Positions 54,501-64,000 of a stretch of DNA of 64,000 nucleotides are shown here, piece by piece. Both the position numbers and the translations under genes were made by a program. The notes beneath the pieces are model-generated. The model worked only from the letters and a program-made list of their open reading frames with translations, did no database searches and had not been told where the DNA came from. The stretch's first letter is position 1. Each line of letters starts with the position of its first letter. This DNA comes from Takakia lepidozioides (taxonomy: Eukaryota; Plantae; Bryophyta): the NCBI GenBank assembly GCA_030704615.1, contig CM060732.1, positions 73,160,001-73,224,000 of the forward strand, written 5' to 3'.

Positions 54501-57500
54501 ACTCCACCGTAAGAGTTTCTGCAATACTTTTCTGGAAGGGTGAGGAAGGAGGATTGGATCAAGGTTTAAATAGACAAGAGGTTCTTTGAGCTGTGTGCAG
54601 GTCAACTTCAGGCACACATAATCCATTTGGACCTTGATGCTGGCAGATTTTTAATATCTAGTATCTTGGTGATGTGACCAAAAGGTGGGGAAGTATCTTG
54701 AGAAGCTATGGAATATGGCATTCCGAGCGGTTGATGACATCAAGGAAACAGTCCGGACAGCAGGGGACAGTCTCTGCAGGGCTGTAAGTTCTCTCAGCCT
54801 ACGATTGTGTGACACATCGCTCACAGTGAAGACTGATGCACAAGGCACCATGGCTATTGTTCTACCTTTTCTACTTACCAAGGGGATCCTCAGCACTGTG
54901 GCTGATGTGCGTCGCCTCTCCATCAACACCGTCATGAAGCTTGTTAAGGTCTCTCTCTCACAACTTACTGAGTCCATCAAAGCTTGAAGTCTTATTCTGG
55001 TTCTGGAAGTCTTGGTGTGGTTCCGGAAATAGCCTTTTGTCAGAGCCCATGCGCTTCCAATATTTTAGCCTGTCCACAATTTGCATGTTTGAGATGTCAT
55101 CTCTGCAGAGGTAAGGGAGTTCTCTGATAATATGGTTGGTTATGCTGTGACAGGGTGCAGGGGAGGCTGTTCGCCCACAGATGCCTGACTTGGTTGGTTG
55201 TATGCTGGAGAGCCTTTCAAGCTTGGAAGACCAGAGATTGAATTATGCTGAGGTCTTCCCTCAGTCCTCTGGCTGAATGTCACCTTTGGCTCTTGCAATG
55301 TTGAACTATGCTAAAGTATGTCACACCATGTAAAGTGTGAAACTCCTGGGTTTGGTTGTGGTCACTATTAAGACCCTGGTGTCCTTGCAGGGGACTTGGG
55401 ATGACCGGCTATTCTGCTGCATCCTTTTCCGGATAATGGAATGTAGTGCAGTTTCCGAATTGCATGGAGTGCCATTTCATTCGGAAGTTCTCAAGTGTTA
55501 TCAGATTATTATTTACTTGTACTGTTCAGTTACTGATATGTGTTAACTTACATGTAATTATTTGGCTGGGCTGGGTTGCAGCTGCATGCGGAGAGGGTGG
55601 GAATAAGCACAGAGAAGTTGGAGAATATACGAATTGCTGTAGCCAAGGAGTCACCTATGTGGGATACGCTCGACCTGTGTCTGGGTCAAGTAGACCTCCC
55701 AACTCTGGAGCTGCTCATCCCCCGATTGGTGCAATTGGTTCGCTCTAGTGTGGGCTTGAACACCAGGTGAGTTACTCCATCTGGGCCGTAATGAGAAGGC
55801 TGAGTCCAGAGATTCTACTAATGCTTTTACACGATCCGACGTCACTGCAGTTACAAGCTTGATATACTTATAACCAAAGCACTTCTAGGGATCATTCTTC
55901 CTCTAGCGGCAGCCAACAATTGCTGGTTATGGTTACCACTTCGTACAGGCAAGACTTCAGATGTATAGAAGTTCAAAGTCTTAACTTTCAACTCCTGGAA
56001 TATCGCAGAGTGGGTGTGGCGAAATTCATCAGTATGCTGGCACAGCGGGTTGGGGCAGACATGAAACCTCACAGCACCGTCCTTCTGAAAGTGTTGTTTC
56101 CAGCTGTTCAGTCAGAGAGGAGTACAGCAGGTAGGCGAGCCTTCGCAGCAGCATGTGGGAGCGTGGCCAAATACGCAGGTACTGGTGATAATTTGACTGC
56201 GAACCTGTTGTGACTTAACATTCAGTTGTAGACTGTTGCCAAGATATAGCTGACTTATGCTGTTGATAAATTGTCTGACTTTGCACCTTTCCTCATCTTT
56301 GTACATGTTTCTACAGAACCCTATCTTAATTGAAGTTCACAAAAGGAAGATGAATATGAAGCAGTCAAGGGCTCGATCCTCCTGTCTGGTTCTTGCAGGA
56401 GAGGTGCAAGTCGGACGTTTGCTCACAGAGTCGGTGACTCTCTATAGCTCTGGAGGTGAGAGGGATGCCCGTATAGCCAGTGCGCTGGTTTTGAAGGAGC
56501 TGTCGCGGCAGGCAAATGACATCTTCAAAGGCTACTACACTCTTTTGCTTCCTGTGGCTTTTGTTGCAAGGTACAAGCTGACAAGCTGCCTCCAGGCCTT
56601 TGGCATTTTTTCACCTGTAGCCTCTATTGCAGTGCATGTTTCGCTGGGATATTCTTGTGCGCATATGAGGTCTAACCTACTGGGAAAATTGGAAGGCCAG
56701 TTTTGGCTTAGGAGGGACACTGCATTCAAAACTTCACCTAAGAAGTCCTCTTTTTGCAGGTTTGATGAGGAAAAGGATATAAACAACATCTTTGAGGAGA
56801 TTTGGGAAGATAATACAAGCAGTGCTAGTGTGGCATTGGCTTTGTATATGCCGGAAATTGTGGCCCTCTTGCACCAAGGGATTTCGTCATCCTCGTGGCC
56901 TCAGAAGCAAAAGGTCTGCATTTGTCTTTGATGAGTGTGCTGCTTATGGGAAGTAATACACTTGCCACAGTAAACTTAGGCTGAGTGGCGTGTTGCTGCC
57001 TACATTCTGGTTACATTTGCCTCCTCTTATGTGGGCTAAGTCCACTTAACAAGGTGGGATTCATTGTTCTCTCTCTCCACCCTTCCTTCTTCTGTTCATG
57101 AAGGAGGAATCCCGTCTGGCAAGCCTACAATAACTGAGCTGGTAATCTGGATCCAATCAATCAGCTATGATGGGTGCAGAGTGCAAAAGCAATATCAAAG
57201 TTGGCGGAAGTAGCTGGCGAGGCAGCGACTCCCTTTGTACAGAGTCTACTTGTAGACCTATTAGCAGAGCTGCCAGGCCGTCTTTGGGAGGTCTGATGAG
57301 TATTCTCTTCTCTCCTTCCTTACTGACTGTAGGCTTTCAGTTGAGTTCACGGTTGCAAGTTAATAGTCAATTGAACTTGAGATCTATTCACTGTCTCATG
57401 TTTCTAGTCTGCAGTCTCCTTTCTGCTGTGGAGTACAAGACATGCATCACTCCTTGTTGCGTCAGGCTTGTTATATGCTGGCAAAAATGAGCAGTACATG

Positions 57501-60500
57501 AGGCAGGCTACAGTACTGGTCGACAATTTTTGGGAAGTTTGTCATGTATGCCCTAACAAGAAGTACATATCAAATATTGCAATACAGCGAATGTCTGGAA
57601 TGATTCGATGGAAGTTGGGATACAGGGAAAGGAGACAGTCCTTGATGCAATAGGGGCCCTTTGTAAAGGCTGTTCCAAAGCCATATCCACAGCTTCAGTA
57701 AGCTCAAACAGCCTTGGCCCTGACACAGTAATTGAAGCCATCTGTGCTGCCTGTGGTCGAAAGAAGGGATCCTTTGTTGATGCGGCATTTGCCTGTCTGG
57801 AACAGGTCTTACTTTCCCTTCCTCATGACTTACAATTTTATGATATATGGTTTCCAGATTTGCAGGGAATGTGGACCTTGAATACATGTTTGATCTTTCT
57901 TTAGTGTAGGCTTCATTGCGCTTGCTATACAGTAAGTGGCAGTGGATGGTCAAAGTACATGTAATATTTTATTTTATTTTATTTTATTTTATTTTTTTGT
58001 ACTCATAAGACGTTGTTTGCCGTAGCCTTGTGGCCATTGACTCCGCGCCCAGTTTGAGCGGGAACAAAAGGGACAGAACCTACCTCTGTCAGGGGCTGAC
58101 GTTGGTAGTAAGACTTACCTCCATATATAGAATTAATCCGGGTTTTCCAGATATCCTCTAGAAATCCCTTCACACAAGCATCAATCTGCTGTGTGTGATT
58201 TGCCCAAAAACTAGGCCTCAGGAGGGCCTGGGCTTTTGGCTCAGCCTCGAGACTTTCAAAGTTGGTAAACAGGGGTACAGGCACCTTCAGATTGCCCACA
58301 CAACGGGCAATTGCACTCTCCCTTTCCTCTCTGCTTCTGTTTGCTGTTCAAAGGTAGGCTTCCTGCCCTGAGTTTAAATTTCAGTCTAGTGCCGAGAGTG
58401 GGTAGACCCTTGAGGTCATCCAAGATGTCCTCCCCCATGTCACAGACTGGAAACAAGTTCAGGGAAGTTTTCTGCCTAACTTCATTTTCATCAGACAATC
58501 TCATGGCAACAGACATGGCTGAGGACACTACAGCCTCTAAGTCAGATTTATCCAGCAGGGTCAAGACTTGCGGATCCAGGTCCAGGTCCTTGAGGATCTC
58601 TTCTACTCTCTTCTGCCAGGACTTAGCCTGTTTGACAGGGCGGTCCTGTTTCCAAGATATAGAGTCGATTAACTTAGGATATCTGGTGTTGGGCATATGT
58701 TGCAGCTGACCCCACCATCTGACCTTGAATTCATCTCGTCGGGAGCTTAAGGACGGAATGCCAAACTCACCCCGAACAGCCACAATGGCTGTTTCGGAGC
58801 ATGCTGACATACACTCCTTAAGCACCCCCACTTGAATGGATTCTAGAGACTTAGCCTGGTTGGAGTTATCAACCCATATAGCAGATCCGTACTCCAAGGC
58901 AGGTCTAATAACGCGACAAAGCATGGTTTTCTTAACCTCAGAGTTGACCCCTCTGCAGTGGAAAAATTTAGTGAGCCCCAGAGCTTTGCCCTTGCCAGTT
59001 TGAACAACTTTCCGGATATGTGCATCCCAATTACAATTGGAGGAGAACTCAACGCCCAGGTAAGTGTAGGAAGGGAGGACCGGGATCTCTTGGCTACCCC
59101 ACTGCCACTTAAGATCACTTCCTCCCTCTCCTCTGTCGTTGAATGCTACCACTGCACATTTGCTGACAGTAGCCTCTAGCCCCCAAAGATCAAAGTATCT
59201 CTTCACGCAATCAATCAACTCCTGGAGATTGGTTGGAGTCTCCCCTATGCCTGCGAAGTCATCCGCAAACATAAGGGCTGGTATGGTGGTATCACCCACC
59301 CTTAACCCAAATCCCTCACTTTCCACATCCTCGAGGAGTTGATTGATGAAAACAAAGAAGAGCAGAGGGGAGAGAGTACATCCTTGAGCTACACCTTGGT
59401 CTATGTCAAAGAAGTTGGACTTCTGTCCGTTAACAGTGACACCGCTTTTGGTGTGAGCATACAAGTTGTGGACAACTCTCCACATCTTTCCCTTGATCCC
59501 ACAAGACCAGAGGCGGAACCATAGGCCATCTCTCCACACTGGTCATAAGCCTTTTTGACATCCAGGAAAAAGACATAAGTGGGTTTCCCTTCTTTTTTCC
59601 TTCCCTGGATAATCTGGCTTAGAGTGAAGATATGATCCACACAGCCCCTGTTTCGCCGAAAGCCAGCTTGGCCTTCGTGGAAACAACCTCTAGACTCCAG
59701 ATCAACCTCGAGACGAGTACTTATAACTCTGCAGAATGTCTTGCCAACAGCATTGAGGAGCGTGATGCCACGGTAGTTCCCCGGTTCTTCTCTGTCACCC
59801 TTCTTGTATAGATTGACAATGACCCCCTGTCGCCAGCGAAAGGGGATCATTTCAGTCTTCCAGATAAAGTTAAAGAGGAGAACTAGGGCCTCTATCATGG
59901 GATCGCCACCGTGCTTGATAAGCTCGTTGACAATACCATCAGGTCCACCAGCTTTATATCCATTTAAGTGTTCAATTGCTTCCACAACCTCAGAAGAACT
60001 AATGGGAGCATTATAAGCCATTGAAATATACTCCAGTTCATCAGGGCTGTTTTGAATCATAGGAACAGTTTTTCCAACTGTGTCCCTCCATTCAGCAGAA
60101 GACCCCTCACTGTTAGACCTAGAAGTTCTGCCAAGGATACTGTAGTGAGTTTCAAAGGTTTTGACAATGTCAACCGATGAAGTCACCACTGCACCTTTAG
60201 TAGTCTTCAGCGCTTGTACTTGCTGACCGTTTTTCGGCTTGTACAAACGTTGAAGGGCCAACCAGAATTTCTTGTCATTACCACCATGGTGGTTTGAGTT
60301 TATTTCACTGTATAACTTGTCCCAGTATAATTTCTTCTGAGACCTAACAAGCTGATTGATATCTTTACGGAGCTGGTAGTACCTCGCCCACAATTCTCTG
60401 TTGGTTTCCAAATTGCAGCACTCTTTATAGAGGGCTCGTCTCTCAGCTATCTTGAGTTTAATCTCATTAGTCCACCAATTAACTGCTCTACCGCAGACAA

Positions 60501-63500
60501 TTAGTTTCCTCCCAATGATCTTGTCAGCCACGGAGGAAACGAAACTCTCCCAAGAGTCCACTGCTCTTTCGACTTCATTTCTTGCGTTAACAGAGCGTGA
60601 CTGAAGTTCTTGGAGCGATTGGACAAAATGAGAGAGAGCCTCTTGCAAGGCCTGGACGTACTCAGCCTTGACCTCCTCATTGTGGAATTTTTCTATGCGC
60701 CACTTCCGAATCGAACGTTTCACAGATCTCTTGGTGGTGGGAAAACACCTTTTGATCTCAGTCCAAACCAGGAAGTGGTCAGAGGTACCAATATCAGTTC
60801 TATCGATCAACACATTGGCACACTGGGGGAACAAAATTTTGTCCATTATGATATAGTCCACAATGGAACGTTCCCCAGTTTGGGATTTCTCACGAGTCCA
60901 CTGCACTTGGTCACCTCTTGTCCTGTTATTCAAGGTCAAAAGCTGAAGCTCTTCTAGACAGTTAATTAACCGTCTGCCATTAGAATTCAGCTCGTCCTCA
61001 CCAAAAGGTCCAATGATATCGTCCTGATGGATCCCTTTGCCCACCCGGGCATTGAAGTCCCCCAATAGTACCACCTGACCTTTGGCAAGGAACGAAGCAC
61101 AGTCCAGCTTTACATCTTCGAAGGCCTTGTCTGCGTCAGCACTAAGGGTCCCCTCTGTGGGCATGTAAACACAACCAACAAAGAGGTCCTTTGTACTCAT
61201 GCCGCCCTTCAAATTCAGTTTTAGCCAGATACTAAGCTCGTACCTCAAACACTTGTTGATAATTTCACAATTGTCAAACAAGAAATCACGGACAAAGAAT
61301 CCGACCCCTTTTTGACCGCGTTTGGCAGAGGCTGCCTTGAGAGTACACATCTTACCTGCCCATTTATAACCAATGACATCTCCAACCAGTTTATCCGACG
61401 TTTCCCATGTTTCTTGCCCAGCACAGATATGAATATCATTAGTCCGAAGAACTTGTCCCACTTCAAGTTGTTTCCTTTGGTTGGTCAACCCTCAGAAGTT
61501 GAAAGTGGCCAGCCGCAAGCCAGCCCTTTGCGTGTGAATTGTTTGTCGTTTAGGTAGCTTGTGATTGCTCCTGGACGGCCAACCGTTCTGCAAAGGGGGG
61601 ACAGTTACCCCATGTGTAGATTTTGCTCGTCTTGTGTAAACTTTGAGAATTGGTAAACCATTCAGGGTACCAAATCTTTCAGTTACACGACGCACAGGCT
61701 CCGCACACATAGGGGCAGATTGTCCGTCAGACTGCTTGGGGACAATTACCCCGTGTATAGATTTTGCTCGTCTTGTGTAGACTTTGAGGATTGGTAAACC
61801 ATTTAGAGTACCAAATCCTTCAGTTACACGACGTTCAGGCTCTGCACACTTAGGGACAGATTGTCCATCTGACGGCTTGGGGACAATTACCCCGTGTATA
61901 GAATTTGTTCGTCTTGTGTAAACCTTGAGGATTGGTAAACCATTCAGAGTACCAAATCCTTCAGATTCAGGACGTTCAGGTTCCGTACACTTAGGGGCAT
62001 CTTGTCCTTCTGGCTGTTTGGATTCAACCTCATCCAGAGCATCAAACCGATTAGAAACTCTCAAGTTGAAGTTGTTGCCCTTGGTTGTCTTCCTAGAGCG
62101 CCCCATTGAATCACCAATGTCTAAGACCACTCTCCAGCCAGTCAAGGGACGAACTTCTTTGAGATTGAATTGATGCGGGACTCTATTAGAAGCACTTTTG
62201 GTCATTGCAACCTTCAACGTACCCCTGTTATCAAGTCTCGAGATGGTACCATTAGCCATGAAATCCAAGCCTAAGCTAGAGCATGTAGTTTTAAAGGACA
62301 CATCGTCCATCCTGGGATTCACCCCAAAAACTACACATGAAGCCCTAGATTTGGCATAAGTAACCAATTCCCAGGTATCACCCTGAGGAGTATTGATGTT
62401 GATAGGAGCTAAATTTTTTATTGTTTTCGCAGGCCATAAGTTTAAGCACAGGAACCAACCCGAGCCCAAGTGCCGAGTATGCTAGACAGAGCATACGACT
62501 GCCCAATTTGGGCGGAGGGGCTGCCCCCAAGCGGTAGGAGTCTGCATGTTACCATTCAGAGATCACACTCCAGGGAGTTGCAGGGAATGGCCCGTGTAGG
62601 CATATTCTAAAGAGGGAAAGGCCCCAAGCTTTCCAACTAAATCCAATGCACTACCTTACCTGAAGCAAAGCGCTTCAGGTCGAAACAAACAAGAACACGA
62701 GGTCACAAGGCCAGCATTTAGTCACAGAGACATTAATGTACTCCCGTTTCAAGTCCACCCAATGTCAATAGGCTTCCTAGAGGACAGGGATGTAGTACAC
62801 GTAATATTGTCAGCTAATGAAATGAACCTCCCTTTTTCTGAGCAGGTCCTCAAAGCTTTTAAGGAGCGAGATCTCTATGAACAGGTGGCCCCACTTTTAC
62901 TGGACATATGCATGCAATCTCCAGCTCGTAAGCAATCATCTCTGGTTGTGGGAGGTGCCAGTGGAGAAGGTACTCTTCTTGCACAATTGGACAGAATTAC
63001 TTTTGGACATCTGTAAACACATGCTATAAATTAGAGTTGCACTGCTTGAAGGCAGTAATCTGTTAGGTATGACAAATGGGCAGGTATGCAACTAAACAGT
63101 TCGAAAACTCATGCCCAATGACAACTAGCAGCATACCAGGACAAGGCTTCGTATTGAGACACTGTTAGGCAGGAACTTTCTGAGACCATAATTATATTAA
63201 GCTTATTTTATAACCACATTACATACTACCCACCCTCCCAGCCTCTACTCCACACATTCATTTGGCCACACAGGTCACAGGGTTAATCATGTCCGATGAG
63301 ATCAAGCTCAAGATTGCTGAGAGACAGGCACTTCATAAGGATTGCTGTAATATCAAAAACAACAAAGATTTGTGCTCTATATATATATCAAATGCGCAAA
63401 GATGTTAATCAGCTAGTAACGTCTCAGTAAAAATTAATTTGGGAGAAGTTACACTGTGACATTAACCATGGTGGTAATGATACAAGATTCTGGTTGGCCT

Positions 63501-64000
63501 TACAACGCTTGTAAAGGCCGAAAAATGGCCAGCCAGTACAAGCTTGAAGGAATAATAATGGGGCAGTGGTGACGTCAACTGTTGACATCGTCGGGACCTT
63601 TGAAACTCACTACAGCATTCTTGGCTGTGAATCTAAACCTATTAGTGAGGGGTTCGGATAAGTGGGAACCCCACAAAAGGCTCCGGGAGGGGTTAGCCAT
63701 AAGGCAAGCCAAGGTTCGCAGGGAACAGCATGAGTACATTCTCTCTCTCCAACACATATACATGCACCCATATATATACATATATGTATATCTACTCGTC
63801 CTTCTTCTCTCTCCCTCTGCTCCAGTGCTGACGTTACTTCATCTGGCATTGCAGAAAATGATGAAGCAAAGGAGAGAAAAGCAGCAGTACCTGTTGAGAA
63901 GTCCCTGGCTTGCCTAGCAGCTAGCCTTAGTGCAGCAGCTCCAACCACAGCCACTGTCCATGGGAAGAGCATCACAGCAGCTTTGTTTGCAACTCTTGGT
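42594..64000 (+). CDS. ECM29: Proteasome adaptor and scaffold protein ECM29 (HEAT repeats), more than 30 exons, continues beyond the window
   Basis: [128 protein letters not shown]; GT-AG exons, e.g. 42594-42746, 43945-44112, 53476-53769, 57626-57804, 62826-62969, 63856-end. Confidence 0.95.
47352..47425 (+). repeat. Intronic tRNA-derived SINE head
   Basis: A box TGGCCGAGTGG and B box GGTTCAAAACC at tRNA-like spacing; no full cloverleaf. Confidence 0.45.
57969..62793 (-). mobile_element. Full-length LINE (APE-RT, RTE/RTEX-like) in an ECM29 intron, antisense to the host gene
   Basis: EN motifs ATFNF*GL, GQETW, LGDFNARVG, SIVDY, SDH; RT motifs NYRGITLL, QAGFRRNRGCVDHIF, LDVKKAYD, GVAQGCTLSPLLF, FADD; (TAAAA)n tail at ~57969-57998; 15-bp TSD AGTACA(T/C)GTAATATT at 57954-57968 and 62794-62808; one frameshift near 59540. 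Confidence 0.93.
61600..62000 (-). repeat. Three 120-bp tandem repeats coding a 40-aa unit in the LINE N-terminal region
   Basis: PKC.EPERR.TEGFGTLNGLPILKVYTRRAKSIHGVIVPK.SDGQS, three copies. Confidence 0.9.
63295..63665 (+). mobile_element. Degenerate fragment of the same LINE family, inverted relative to the full-length copy
   Basis: Matches the reverse complement of ~60090-60470 (EIKLKIAER..RKDVNQLV..FWLALQRL..GAVVTS.VDIV.TFETHYSILG). Confidence 0.85.

Overview
Eukaryotic nuclear DNA from a land plant, probably a bryophyte or other non-seed plant (inferred from PLS-class PPR motifs, GT-AG introns and the TE types). Bases 1-15.9 kb are a four-level transposon nest. A decayed Ty3/Gypsy element encodes gag knuckle - protease - DNMT3-like cytosine methyltransferase - RT - RNase H - integrase - PHD finger and abuts a LINE remnant. 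Its integrase is split by a 7.9-kb non-autonomous CACTA element (28-bp TIRs, AAA TSD) carrying tandem PPR-gene fragments. That cargo was itself hit by a chromovirus LTR element and then rearranged by a ~4.3-kb inversion. Bases 17.9-42 kb hold a GH28 polygalacturonase, an F-box pseudogene, a DUF1218 gene, a MULE transposase remnant, an intronless PRT1-like RING-RING-ZZ ligase and a damaged alkaline-ceramidase-like gene. From 42.6 kb to the window end lies a multi-exon ECM29 gene. One of its introns contains a full-length antisense LINE, and the next intron holds an inverted fragment of the same family. The most notable feature is the retrotransposon carrying both a chromatin 'writer' (C5-MTase) and a 'reader' (PHD). 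All domain calls are by eye from motifs; no database searches were run.
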